From Candidatus Sericytochromatia bacterium (GTDB lineage Bacteria > Cyanobacteriota > Sericytochromatia > S15B-MN24 > VGJW01): a DNA stretch of 64,000 nucleotides. Location of the stretch: assembly GCA_035285865.1 (NCBI GenBank), contig JAYKHS010000011.1, forward strand, positions 64,001 through 128,000, in the 5' to 3' direction. The notes beneath the pieces were generated by a model. That model saw only the letters and a program-made list of their open reading frames with translations. It did no database searches and was not told where the DNA came from. Of this stretch, positions 9,479 to 19,264 are shown piece by piece (position 1 is the stretch's first letter; the number at the start of each line of letters is the position of its first letter). The translations under genes were made by a program, and so were the position numbers.

Positions 9479-10360
9479 TCAGGCGTTTCCGGCCTCCGTC
9501 AGCGCTCCGCTGGCGGAGGCCATCCCGTTTCGGGCACCTGCCAGAACCCAACTCCGGATGCGCGCCGGCTCTGCATGCGGATGCAGCGTGCGCAACAAGG
9601 ACACGATTCCGGTCACGAACGGGGCGGCTGCGGACGTTCCGCCGAAGGGAGCCACCCGAGCATCCGTGGACAAGCTCACCACACCCTCGGCAGGAGCCAG
9701 CAGCAGGTGTCGAGGACTGCCCTGACTGACTGGGGCGACGCGCCCCCAGCGGTCCGCTGCACCGACGGTAATGAGTCCGGCAAAAGCCGGATCGTGCGCC
9801 CAGGCACCGGGCCAGACGGTCGCCCCGCGGGAGGGTCCGGCTGCACAGACGACCGGCACGCCAGCGGCCAGCGCTTCCCGGACCGCACGGCCCAGGTCGG
9901 CAACACTCGCCGCAGTGAGAAACTCCTCGCCCGCGACCACGCCAACCGAGAGATTGATGACCGAGGCACCCTCCCGCAACGCCGCCCGGATTCCCGCAGC
10001 GATGTGTTCGGCACGGACATGCCCCGTACCGTGGTGATTGACCTTGATGGCCAACAACGAGACCAGAGGAGCGACTCCGGCCGTTTCCGGCGAGCGCCAT
10101 CCCCGACTGGCGATCAGGCCGGCGACGGCAGTCCCGTGGCCGAGGTCATCCAGATGACGACCGCCGGCTGCCACCACGTCGCAACCGCCGACGACCTTGC
10201 CCCTGAGATCGGGATGAGCATCGTCTATGCCGGTGTCCACCACCGCCACCCGAACCCACGGTGCCCCACGAGAGAGGGTCCACGCCTTGCGTACCTCCAG
10301 CCATCGATGGGGCCACGGCGTCCTGCCCGGCAGCCAGGCCAGCAAGGACGCCCCGTTCAT
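9479..10360 (-). CDS. S8 (subtilisin-like) serine peptidase, catalytic domain only
   Basis: Triad motifs VAVVDTG, HGTAVAG, GTSAAAP; ATG 10360 overlaps the upstream permease stop (ATGA). Confidence 0.88.
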   Translation of the reverse strand: MNGASLLAWLPGRTPWPHRWLEVRKAWTLSRGAPWVRVAVVDTGIDDAHPDLRGKVVGGCDVVAAGGRHLDDLGHGTAVAGLIASRGWRSPETAGVAPLVSLLAIKVNHHGTGHVRAEHIAAGIRAALREGASVINLSVGVVAGEEFLTAASVADLGRAVREALAAGVPVVCAAGPSRGATVWPGAWAHDPAFAGLITVGAADRWGRVAPVSQGSPRHLLLAPAEGVVSLSTDARVAPFGGTSAAAPFVTGIVSLLRTLHPHAEPARIRSWVLAGARNGMASASGALTEAGNA

Positions 10361-11172
10361 CCCTTGACTGCCCCGTCCATCAGACCCTTCATGAACTGCT
10401 TCTGCAGGAACAGGAACACAACGATGGCTGGCACGATGGCAACAGTCGTGGCTGCCATCAGCAACGGCCAGTCCGTGGTTTCGCGCATGCTGGCCCTGAA
10501 GGCCGCGAGGCCGACAGGCAGAGTCCGCAGGTGATCGGCATGGGTCGCCACCAACGGCCACATGAACGTGTTCCAGGAGGCGAGGAACTGGAAGATCGCA
10601 AGGGTCGCCACGGCTGGCCTCGCCGTAGGCAGGGCGACGGTCCAGAAGAATCGCCACGGCGAACAGCCGTCGAGGCGCGCGGCATCCTCGAGCTCCTTGG
10701 GCAAGCCGAGAAACCACTGACGGAACAGGAAGATGCCGAAAGCACCTGCAAGATCGGGCACGATGAGGGCCTGGTACGTGTCGACCCAGCCGAGGCGGGC
10801 CACCAAGGCGAAGAGCGGCACCAGATTCACCTGCACCGGCACCATCATCGTCATGAGCACGATGAAGAACAGCAAGTCGCGTCCTCGGAAGGACATGCGG
10901 GCAAAGGCATAGCCTGCCATGGCTCCGGTCAGGATCTGCCCGACGACGGTGACGACGGCAACCATCACACTGTTGGCGAACCATCGCCACAGCGCACCCT
11001 CACCCAGAGCCTTGCTAAAGTTGTCCAGCGTGGCCGGACTGGGCCAGAATGCCGGGGGGTAGGTCATCGCCTGCTCGTAGCTCATCAGCGACGTGGCGAT
11101 GAGCAGCAGGAAAGGTGCGGCGCAGAGAAACGCCCCTACCCACAGGACGACGAGACCGACGATCCTGTTCAC
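10357..11172 (-). CDS. Carbohydrate ABC transporter permease (MalG type)
   Basis: EAA loop LPKELEDAARLDG, AGYAFAR, WNTFMWPL; GTG start overlapping the upstream stop. Confidence 0.95.
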   Translation of the reverse strand: MNRIVGLVVLWVGAFLCAAPFLLLIATSLMSYEQAMTYPPAFWPSPATLDNFSKALGEGALWRWFANSVMVAVVTVVGQILTGAMAGYAFARMSFRGRDLLFFIVLMTMMVPVQVNLVPLFALVARLGWVDTYQALIVPDLAGAFGIFLFRQWFLGLPKELEDAARLDGCSPWRFFWTVALPTARPAVATLAIFQFLASWNTFMWPLVATHADHLRTLPVGLAAFRASMRETTDWPLLMAATTVAIVPAIVVFLFLQKQFMKGLMDGAVKG

Positions 11173-12074
11173 GCGTCCTGCTCCTGATGGACCCAGCGCT
11201 TCCGCAACGTCCACTGCACCCATGTCAGGCCGGCCAGGACACCGAACAGCATGTACGCCAGTGCCGAGGCCTTGCCCAGCTTGAAGTAGGTAAAGGCGTT
11301 CTGGAAGAGCCAGTAGACGATGACTGTGGTCGACCGCCGCGGCCCACCATGGGTCATGATGTAGACGGAGTCGAACGTCTGGAAGGCCCGGATGCAAGCG
11401 AGGATGCCCACGAGCAGAACGGTCGGACCGAGCAGAGGCAGGGTGATATGCCAGAAACGTTTCCAACCCGTTGCCCCGTCGACCTCGGCCGATTCGAGCA
11501 CTTCGCCCGGCAGCGCCTGAAGTCCGGCCAGAAACAGTACCACATTGGTACCGAGGCTTTTCCAGACGCTCATCACCACCAGCGCAGGCAGGGCCGTCCC
11601 GGGGTCCGACAGCCAATGGATCGGCTCGGCCCCGAACCAGCGCAGGACCTCATTCAGGGCTCCGCCCCGGGGATCGAAAATCCACTCCCAGACGATGCTG
11701 ACAGCCACCATCGACGTGACGACCGGCAGGAAGTAGGCCGTGCGGAAGAAGCCAAGCCCTCGCAACTTCTGGTTCAGAGCCAAGGCAAGCGCAAGCGCCA
11801 CGACAAGATCCAGTACGAGGTAGAGCACCACGAAGAGCAGTGTGTTCGCCACGACTTTGGGGAACACCGGATCAGCCAGCAAGGACGAATAATTGTCGAG
11901 GCCCACCCAGCGTGGCGCTCCGAGAAGGTCCCAGTCCGTGAACCCGATCAGGAAGGATGCCAAGGTCGGCAGCATACTGAAGATGCCGATGATGAGCAGG
12001 GCCGGCGAGGCCAGCAGCAAGCCCCAGATACGTTCGGACCGCAAGGGATGGCGGAGGGCAGGCACGGGGCTCAT
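11169..12074 (-). CDS. Carbohydrate ABC transporter permease (MalF type)
   Basis: WVGLDNY, FRTAYFLP, FLAGLQALP...ESAEVDGA, FWHITLPLL, MTHGGP. Confidence 0.95.
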   Translation of the reverse strand: MSPVPALRHPLRSERIWGLLLASPALLIIGIFSMLPTLASFLIGFTDWDLLGAPRWVGLDNYSSLLADPVFPKVVANTLLFVVLYLVLDLVVALALALALNQKLRGLGFFRTAYFLPVVTSMVAVSIVWEWIFDPRGGALNEVLRWFGAEPIHWLSDPGTALPALVVMSVWKSLGTNVVLFLAGLQALPGEVLESAEVDGATGWKRFWHITLPLLGPTVLLVGILACIRAFQTFDSVYIMTHGGPRRSTTVIVYWLFQNAFTYFKLGKASALAYMLFGVLAGLTWVQWTLRKRWVHQEQDA

Positions 12075-13318
12075 CGAACCTCCGCCAACAGGGCATCGAT
12101 ACGGCGGATGACGGGCGGCAAAGCCTGATCGAGGGACTCTTCCCCGGTCCACATGGGGCCCAGGCCATCGATGAGCTCCCACGTGATCTCGTCGTAGGCA
12201 GGGGGGACTCGCGTGGGGCGACCACTGGCAATGACGTCGAGAAAGACCCTGTTGCCCTCGGGTGTTCCCTGTAGGAACGCGGGGGATTGGGCCACATCTG
12301 GCCGAGACGGGACAATCAGACCGGAGCGGGTAAAGGTCTCGATGCTCTCGCGGCTGGCAAGATGCCGAATCAGCTTCCAAGCGGCATCCGGTTGGCTCGT
12401 CCGCGCCGACATCACCCAGCCGGAGGCATCGGTATCCACCACACTGCCCGCAGGACCGGCAGGGAAGGTCGTCACGTCCCAATGAAACTTGATCTTCCGC
12501 CGGTAGCCGGGCACAGCCCAGCGCCCGTAGACGAACATCGCGAGTTTGCCCGTCGCGAACAACTGGGTCATGCGCGCATTCCCGGTGTCCTTGTCGGAGG
12601 GCGCCACATGGTGACGGTGCCGCAGATCGAGATAGAACTGCAGCCCCTTCCTCGCCTCGGGCTCACCCAATGTGCAGCGGCTCATGTCCGCACTGATGAC
12701 ATCTCCGCCGAAGGACCAGACCCAAGGCGTCCAGATGAGCGGATTGGGCTGGAAGCCAATGGCCCACTGCTTGCCCGGAATGGTGAGCCGGGGTGCGATG
12801 CGCGCCAGATCTTCCACGGTCCAGCCAGGCCGAGGATATGGGACACCTGCGGCGTCGAAGAGGTCCTTGTTGTAGAAGACGACGAGATTCGACAAATCGC
12901 GCGGGAGCCCGAGGAGCTTGCCTTTCCAGCGCATGGCATCCAGTACCTGGGGGAAAAAGTCGCGTTGATGGAGGCGACCATCGGCGGCAAGCCTTGGTGC
13001 GAGATCGGCAAGAACACCCTTTCTTGCAAAGCCCGGCAAGGCCTCGTTCGACATGAACATCACGTCCGGGACCGTGCCACCGACCACCATCAGCCGCAAC
13101 TTGTGGGCATACTCATCGGGGATGTGGATGAGTTCGACCGGGATGCCTTCCTTGCGGGTGAAGTCTTCGAGGATGGGCTTGAGCGTGGCGATCTCGTCCA
13201 TGGACCCCCAGGTGCTGAACCGGAGGCCGCTCCTGCCGGAGGGTGCACAAGCCGCAAGTTGTGTCAGCAGGCTGCCCATGAGGACGGCCAGGACGAACAG
13301 GCGGACGGGACGGGGCAT
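12071..13318 (-). CDS. Sugar ABC transporter substrate-binding lipoprotein
   Basis: Lipobox LAAC; family-1 SBP motifs PDVMF, VFYNKDLFDAAGVPYP, FATGKLAM, AAWKLIRHL. Confidence 0.93.
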   Translation of the reverse strand: MPRPVRLFVLAVLMGSLLTQLAACAPSGRSGLRFSTWGSMDEIATLKPILEDFTRKEGIPVELIHIPDEYAHKLRLMVVGGTVPDVMFMSNEALPGFARKGVLADLAPRLAADGRLHQRDFFPQVLDAMRWKGKLLGLPRDLSNLVVFYNKDLFDAAGVPYPRPGWTVEDLARIAPRLTIPGKQWAIGFQPNPLIWTPWVWSFGGDVISADMSRCTLGEPEARKGLQFYLDLRHRHHVAPSDKDTGNARMTQLFATGKLAMFVYGRWAVPGYRRKIKFHWDVTTFPAGPAGSVVDTDASGWVMSARTSQPDAAWKLIRHLASRESIETFTRSGLIVPSRPDVAQSPAFLQGTPEGNRVFLDVIASGRPTRVPPAYDEITWELIDGLGPMWTGEESLDQALPPVIRRIDALLAEVR

Positions 13319-13327
13319 CGCGCGACC

Positions 13328-14281
13328 ATGGTAGCACCCGGCCCGGTGGACTGGTCCGAGGGGCCGCCGACCATGGAACACTGGCAGATGGCCATCCGGA
13401 CGTGGGCCGATGCGTGGGCGCTGCCCGGACTGCCGATGCCCGAGGCCTACCGCCGTGCACCCTCTCCGGCTCATGGGCGCCATCTTGTGACAAGCCGGTC
13501 CAGCAAGGGGACTCTGCTGGCGTGGCTGGAAATCGAGACCTTGCCGGGACAGTCTGCTGCCCTTCGGGGAGTGGCGAAAGCATCGGCAGAGGCGATGGCC
13601 GATGCAGCACTCGATCGCGCTTGGGCGGAGGTTCTTGGCTGGCTCAGGAACCGTGACGTCCGGCGCGTCTGGTCGGGCGGGGGCATGGCCCATCTGTGGC
13701 CAGGCTTTCCAGCAAGGTCTCGAGGCGAGGATGCCTGGCTGCAGGAGAGGGGCTTCACCGAGGCAGGCCGAACGTGGGACATGGTCGCACGGGACCTGCA
13801 GGCAACTGCGTGGCAGATTCCCGCGAGCCGTGATGGAGTGACCTTCAGCCTTGCGGAAGCGCACGACGCAAGTGCAGCCCTGGATTGGCTGACGCATGCC
13901 TTCCCGGGCCGCTGGGCCGTCGAGGCGCGGGATGTCCTGCAAGGGCAGTGGCCGGGCAGCCATCTGCTGCTGGGGCGGGACGGCGAGGAGGTCGTGGCCT
14001 TCGCACTGCTGCATCAACCAGGCTCGGCGTGGACCTGGCGCTGGCAGGGTGAATGCGCGCGTCCTGCGGCCATGGGACCGCTCGGCGTGGCGCAGTACCG
14101 GCGTGGGCAGGGTCTGGGCCTCCGCCTGATGGACGCCGGTCTCTCCCGGCTGCGGGAGTGGGGGGCCGAGACAACCGTCATTGACTGGACGACGCTGGAC
14201 GCTTTCTACGGACACTTCGGGTTCGAGGCGACCTGGCCTTGGACGCGACGGGTGCTCGACATGAAAGGCGCATTTTCTTGA
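13328..14281 (+). CDS. GNAT family N-acetyltransferase (tandem GNAT fold)
   Basis: C-terminal GPLGVAQYRRGQGLG acetyl-CoA motif, IDWTTLDAFYGHFGF; alternative start 13373. Confidence 0.85.
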   Translation: MVAPGPVDWSEGPPTMEHWQMAIRTWADAWALPGLPMPEAYRRAPSPAHGRHLVTSRSSKGTLLAWLEIETLPGQSAALRGVAKASAEAMADAALDRAWAEVLGWLRNRDVRRVWSGGGMAHLWPGFPARSRGEDAWLQERGFTEAGRTWDMVARDLQATAWQIPASRDGVTFSLAEAHDASAALDWLTHAFPGRWAVEARDVLQGQWPGSHLLLGRDGEEVVAFALLHQPGSAWTWRWQGECARPAAMGPLGVAQYRRGQGLGLRLMDAGLSRLREWGAETTVIDWTTLDAFYGHFGFEATWPWTRRVLDMKGAFS

Positions 14282-15303
14282 TGCGTGGGCTGATGGCGCG
14301 GGATCCCGCCGGCTTTGTCCGGTCGTGTTTCCCGGACCTCGAGGGCGCGGAACCCGCAGGCTGGCCACGACGGCTGACGAACAGCCACATCTGGTGGTGG
14401 CACGCGAAAGGTGGGCAAAGATTCCTCGTGAAATGGCGCCCCGGAGGCGTGGTTGGCCCTGTGGGGCTGAAGACGAGCCACCAGGCTGCCGACCACCTGC
14501 GCCGTACCGGATTGCCCGTGCCCCTGGCTCTTGCAGGTCGTGACGGGAAACCGTGGGTTTTGCAGCAGCAACTGCTCGTCGAGGCTTGGCTGGCCGGAGA
14601 GGGCACGGATACCTACGCCGACCGAGACCCCTTCGACCCGCTCGTGCATCCTCACCACGCACACGCCATCGGGGCCTTCCTCGGCCGGGCAAGGCATCAC
14701 GCTCCCGCATGCACCGGCCATCGCCCGACTGCCGAGCCCGGAGTCTGGGCGGACACAGCCTGGCTCGATGGCGCGGCACCGGAGGCAGGTCCGCTCGTTG
14801 CCCCACGCCCCTTCCAGCGCGCGGCGTGGACGGCATCCCTGCCGATCCTGCAACGTCTCCTCAACGAACATCCGTGGCCGAAAGGCCCTCCCGAATGGCA
14901 TCACGGCGACCCGCTGCCCCGAAACATGCTCTTCCGGAACCTGAAGGTCAGCGGCCTGTTCGACTTCGAAGGATGGACCACGGCTCCTCGCGCCTTCGAC
15001 CTCGCCCTCGCGACAGCCGCCCTGGCCTTTCCGTGGCCGCGGTTGGCAGCGGGTGCTCCTGCCCGACCCGAGGTGGCTCGCCTCCTTCGGGGGGGATGGG
15101 CATCGTCCGTTGATCTGCCGGAGTGGTCGGAACAACTGCCCTTGATCATCTTCGGGAGGGTGGGCAGCGCCTTCCGCAGGGCCGGGGCGCTCGCGGACGT
15201 GGGCTTGATGGCAGAAGCGCACCGATTCCTCGAGGGCATGCTGACCGTGCTCCGTTGGTGGGAAGGCCCCGAAGGCCGAAGCTGGCGAGGTCGCGAGCCG
15301 TGA
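14281..15303 (+). CDS. APH / homoserine kinase type II-like phosphotransferase
   Basis: HGDPLPRNMLF catalytic loop and LFDFE metal-binding motif; TGATG coupling to the GNAT gene. Confidence 0.8.
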   Translation: MRGLMARDPAGFVRSCFPDLEGAEPAGWPRRLTNSHIWWWHAKGGQRFLVKWRPGGVVGPVGLKTSHQAADHLRRTGLPVPLALAGRDGKPWVLQQQLLVEAWLAGEGTDTYADRDPFDPLVHPHHAHAIGAFLGRARHHAPACTGHRPTAEPGVWADTAWLDGAAPEAGPLVAPRPFQRAAWTASLPILQRLLNEHPWPKGPPEWHHGDPLPRNMLFRNLKVSGLFDFEGWTTAPRAFDLALATAALAFPWPRLAAGAPARPEVARLLRGGWASSVDLPEWSEQLPLIIFGRVGSAFRRAGALADVGLMAEAHRFLEGMLTVLRWWEGPEGRSWRGREP

Positions 15304-15875
15304 TCGTCCTGCTCCACAAGCCCTACGGTACCTTGTGTCAGTTCTCCGGCGGGGAGGGGCGTCCCACGCTTGCGGACCATGTGCCCGTGCCGGGCATCTA
15401 TCCTGCCGGCCGCCTCGACCACGACTCCGAAGGCCTACTGGTGCTCACGGACGAAGCGTGGTTCGCCCATCGCCTCACCCATCCGATGCATGGTCACCTC
15501 AAGCGCTACCACGCCCAGGTCGAGGGATTCGCCCATGCCGAGGCTACCAGAACCTTCGAGACCGGTATCCTGCTGGATGGCAGGCTCACACGACCTGCGG
15601 AACTCAGGACACCGACCCCACAGCCGGTCTGGCACCAGCGTGCCAAGCCCGTTCGATTCCGCCTGAGCGTTCCCACATCCTGGGTCGAGGTAGGCCTTCG
15701 GGAGGGGCGAAATCGTCAGGTCCGCCGCATGCTCGCAGCCGTCGGGCTGCCCTGCCTTCGCCTGATCCGGGTGGAGGTTGCCGGCCTGGGCCTTGAAGGC
15801 CTGGAACCGGGCGAGTATCGGCGCCTTTCAGGAGTCGAAGTGCGCAGCCTGCGCAAGCGCCTGCAGGCTGATTGA
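15300..15875 (+). CDS. rRNA pseudouridine synthase (RsuA/RluE family)
   Basis: HKPYG, AGRLDHDSEGLLVLT, EGRNRQVRRM, LRLIR; no S4 domain, as in RluE. Confidence 0.93.
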   Translation: MIVLLHKPYGTLCQFSGGEGRPTLADHVPVPGIYPAGRLDHDSEGLLVLTDEAWFAHRLTHPMHGHLKRYHAQVEGFAHAEATRTFETGILLDGRLTRPAELRTPTPQPVWHQRAKPVRFRLSVPTSWVEVGLREGRNRQVRRMLAAVGLPCLRLIRVEVAGLGLEGLEPGEYRRLSGVEVRSLRKRLQAD

Positions 15876-15934
15876 CCCTTGTCGGAACGCGTGCTAGCGT
15901 TCGCTTTGGTACCACGAGGACGTGGAGGGGACCC

Positions 15935-17125
15935 GTGACCAGGTCGGATGCCGTGTCGGGATTCAGGGCCTCGGACTGGAGCTCCTTGGGGGCCATGGTC
16001 TCGGGAGGTTCGGCAATCGATTTGCCGAGGCTCGACTTGCCCGATGAGGCAGCGGCCAAGGCGTTTCTTGTAGGCTATGGTCTCGATCCGGACAATGATG
16101 ACGACCGAGCCGATCTCGCGCGCATCTTGCCCCTGTCCCGGCAGTTCATGGAGGACGTTCTGCTGCCGTGGCAACGTCTCGAGGCGTTGCCTGCCGAGCT
16201 GCCCGATCGGCCCGTGGCTCTGCTGCTCTCTGCAAGCCGCCTGACGGATCCGATGCGATTCTGGTCCTGTTCGGTGCTGCGCGTTGCCCACGCCGTAGCC
16301 CATGCCCTTTTCCTGCCCGGACGGGACAAGGTCACGGAGGCCCTCGCTCAGGTCGAAGGACGATTCCGCCGCCATCTGACCGAAAGCGATGGCCAGACAT
16401 GGCTCGGCCCGATCCCCTTGCATGCGATCCGCTTCAAGTCCGGCAAACCGTGGAACAGCCTTCTGCTCAAACTGCTCTGCAAGAAGGACAACGTCGCCGA
16501 GGAGATCTACGACCAGCTTGGCGTTCGCATCGTGACGCGTACTCGGGTCGAGGCGTTGGAGGTCGTCCGCTATCTGCGTGACCACCATGTCGTGCCCTTC
16601 CCGAACGTGAAGCCGAGCCGAAGCCACAATTCCCTCCTGGACCTCGAAGCGCTCGAGCGCCATCAGGCCGCCCTGTGGCAGGAGGTCGAGGACGGCAGCA
16701 TCGATCTCGAGACGTTCGAGACGCGCCTGCGCGCCTTTGCGGAAGGTCCTGACTTGCCGCCCGCGCGACGCAGGAATCCTTTCTCGGATGCGGACCGCCG
16801 GGCCATTCAGTTCACGGCGCGCATGCTCGTGCGCCGCGAAGCCGAAGGCAGAATCGAGCGGTTCTTCTTCCCGTTCGAGGTACAGATCCAAGACGCCCTG
16901 TCCTGGGAGGAAAGCCAGCGCGGACGTGCCAGCCACGAGGAATACCGCGAGCGCCAGCGCGAGGATGCTCGGCGCCGGGTCTTTCCCTGGGCGAGTTCCC
17001 TAGGCCCGCACGACGTCCCGCGTGATGGTGCCGCCACCGAGGACCAGGTCCCCGTCGTGAAAGACCGCATACTGTCCGGGGGCCACTCCCGGGACGGCAG
17101 CATCGAGACCAACGCGCCAGCCTGA
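15935..17125 (+). CDS. TIGR04552-like protein with a RelA/SpoT-type nucleotidyltransferase fold
   Basis: GGSAIDL, FLVGYGLDP, KPWNSLLLKLLCKKDNVAEEIYDQLGVRIVT, VKPSRSHNSL, FFFPFEVQI, ASHEEYRERQ; GGAGGGG SD before GTG 15935. Confidence 0.8.
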   Translation: MTRSDAVSGFRASDWSSLGAMVSGGSAIDLPRLDLPDEAAAKAFLVGYGLDPDNDDDRADLARILPLSRQFMEDVLLPWQRLEALPAELPDRPVALLLSASRLTDPMRFWSCSVLRVAHAVAHALFLPGRDKVTEALAQVEGRFRRHLTESDGQTWLGPIPLHAIRFKSGKPWNSLLLKLLCKKDNVAEEIYDQLGVRIVTRTRVEALEVVRYLRDHHVVPFPNVKPSRSHNSLLDLEALERHQAALWQEVEDGSIDLETFETRLRAFAEGPDLPPARRRNPFSDADRRAIQFTARMLVRREAEGRIERFFFPFEVQIQDALSWEESQRGRASHEEYRERQREDARRRVFPWASSLGPHDVPRDGAATEDQVPVVKDRILSGGHSRDGSIETNAPA

Positions 17126-18058
17126 CGCACCCCGGCTCAGCTCGGCGGGAATCAACTGGCCACCGTGACGCACGCGCACCTCGACCCGCCGGCCTGCGGC
17201 CGGCTCAGCAACGGAGACCCAGCGGACGTCCTCGACCCCGAAGCCTTGCACCATGGTCTGCTCCCTGGTGCCCACGACCACCTGGCGCTCTTCGGGGAGG
17301 ACATCCAGCACGTAAAGGGGTTGCGGAGCCGCAACCCCCAGCCCGCGACGCTGGCCCACCGTGTAGTGCGTGGTGCCACGATGCGCCCCGAGAACCTGAC
17401 CGGAGAGATCCACGATGGGCCCCGGACGTTCGTGCTCGGGCAGATGACGCGCCAGAAAGCCCGATAGATCCTGCGACGTGAAACAGAGGTCCTGGCTGTC
17501 CGGCTTGTCCGCGACGTAAAGCCCCAGGGCCCGGGCCTCGCGGCGTGTCTCGTCCTTGGTCATCGAACCCAGCGGAGTCAGCAGACGGGACAGCTGCTCC
17601 TGGGTCAGGCGCCAGAGCATGTAGGCCTGGTCCTTGCGTGGATCGAGTCCCGACCGCAGCTGCCACCTTCCGGTCTCATCATCCCGGGAAACGCGGGCGT
17701 AATGACCGGTCGCGAGGTACTCGGCACCGGTCTGCGCACGGGCCGCCTGCCACATGTGGTCGAACTTCAGTTTCTCGTTGCACGTCGGGCAAGGGTTGGG
17801 AGTACGGCCATCGGCATAGGTCTTCAGGAACGGATCGACGACCTCGGCCTTGAACTGCTCCATCAGGTCCAGTTTCAGATGGGGAATGCCCAGACGATCG
17901 GCCAGTGCAGAGGCGTCGGCAATGGCCTCGGCCCCGCAGCAGGACGAATCGGGCCAGATGACCATCGTGACACCCACGACGTCATGACCCTCGGCAACGA
18001 GCCGTGCTGCGGCGAGCGAACTGTCCACGCCGCCGCTGAGACCTACCGCAATGCGCAT
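17000..18058 (-). CDS. mnmA: tRNA 2-thiouridine(34) synthase
   Basis: SGGVDSS PP-loop, TPNPCPTCNEKLKF, ATGHYA, KDQAY, KPDSQDLCF, YTVGQRRG, PGQ. Confidence 0.97.
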   Translation of the reverse strand: MRIAVGLSGGVDSSLAAARLVAEGHDVVGVTMVIWPDSSCCGAEAIADASALADRLGIPHLKLDLMEQFKAEVVDPFLKTYADGRTPNPCPTCNEKLKFDHMWQAARAQTGAEYLATGHYARVSRDDETGRWQLRSGLDPRKDQAYMLWRLTQEQLSRLLTPLGSMTKDETRREARALGLYVADKPDSQDLCFTSQDLSGFLARHLPEHERPGPIVDLSGQVLGAHRGTTHYTVGQRRGLGVAAPQPLYVLDVLPEERQVVVGTREQTMVQGFGVEDVRWVSVAEPAAGRRVEVRVRHGGQLIPAELSRGASGWRVGLDAAVPGVAPGQYAVFHDGDLVLGGGTITRDVVRA

Positions 18059-18148
18059 CTGGTGAACCATGGCACGGGGCAAGTGTCCGACGCCCCGCTA
18101 GAATGGCATGTTACCAGAGCACAAGGCCTTTCCGGCCGGGAGGCGGGC

Positions 18149-19264
18149 GTGAACGCGGAACACGCGGAAGAACCCTCGGGACAGGACCCGCCCAAGCGGG
18201 ATGTCGACGCGTTTCCGGCCCTGCGCCGGGCTGTCTTCGACTTGGAGTGGAAGGTTCGCCGCGAGGCCAGCCAGACTGCCGACCGCATGGCCGAGTTGCT
18301 TCAGGAGGTCTTGCTGACCACGGCATGGGGAGCCGCGTCCATGGCCGACGGCCTGAGCCCCGTTTTGGTCGATCTGCGAGACCGCCTCGCAGCGCTGGAG
18401 GAGCTGGCCCACGGCCCCGAGGGCCTTGCCCACGAAACGGTCCAGAGGCTCGGCGCGCGTATCGACCAGGCGGAGAGTCTGGCGGCGGAAGCCATCGGCA
18501 TGCGCCCGGAGATCGAGCAGGGGATGGCTGATGCGCTGGTGCCGTTGCTGCAGGCGGCCGAGGCCACCGCCGTGGATCGGGAGACCCTCGGGCGTGTCGT
18601 GGCCGTGCTCGGTTCCATCGAGGACGAGGAGACAGGCTTGCCTGCCCTGATGCGGGCCGTGGCGGCGGTGGAGGCGGAGAACGCCCGACGCGAGGAGGCA
18701 CTGAGAACTCTGGCAAACGAAACGGGAGCCAGCGTCCTCAGGATGGAGGACAAGCTAGCGCGTTGGGAGACGACGCTGCAGGGTGCCAAAGATGTCCTGG
18801 TCACGTTGCCCGAGAAGCTGGAGCAGCTGGCTGCCGTCCATGCGCGACTCGAGGCGCTGGAAGTTGCGGATCGCCATCGCGGCGAGGTTATTGCGCGGCT
18901 CGATGCCCGCCTCCAGGACTGGAGTACCTCAATGGACCAACGTGTGACCGGTTTGCTGGACTTGGTCACGGACCTCCGCGATGACGTGGATGACAGCGTG
19001 CGTTCGGCCCAACTCGCCGCGCTCACGGCAGGCCTTGGCCAACAGCAGGTCGGCCTGAAGGAACTTCGCGACACCTTCCAGACGTGGCGCCTCGCACAGG
19101 ATGCCCTGCAGTCAGCAGCAGCCGCGCCACTCGGGCAGGATGAGGCAATCGCCAAAGTCCAGACGGAGGCCCGCCAGCAGATCACCCGACTTGCCAAGCG
19201 TCTCGAAGCCATCGAGCGCCACCTCGCATCGGGTTCGGGCGGCCGGGCGGCACCCAAGCCGTGA
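18149..19264 (+). CDS. Coiled-coil hypothetical protein
   Basis: Heptad-rich helical ORF with GGGAGG SD before GTG 18149; stop overlaps the next GTG. Confidence 0.7.
   Translation: MNAEHAEEPSGQDPPKRDVDAFPALRRAVFDLEWKVRREASQTADRMAELLQEVLLTTAWGAASMADGLSPVLVDLRDRLAALEELAHGPEGLAHETVQRLGARIDQAESLAAEAIGMRPEIEQGMADALVPLLQAAEATAVDRETLGRVVAVLGSIEDEETGLPALMRAVAAVEAENARREEALRTLANETGASVLRMEDKLARWETTLQGAKDVLVTLPEKLEQLAAVHARLEALEVADRHRGEVIARLDARLQDWSTSMDQRVTGLLDLVTDLRDDVDDSVRSAQLAALTAGLGQQQVGLKELRDTFQTWRLAQDALQSAAAAPLGQDEAIAKVQTEARQQITRLAKRLEAIERHLASGSGGRAAPKP

Noticed and set aside
13319..14836. N-terminal extension of the 921-aa ORF, suggesting a giant SBP fusion
   Set aside because: Antisense to the GNAT and kinase genes; the lipoprotein signal begins at 13318.
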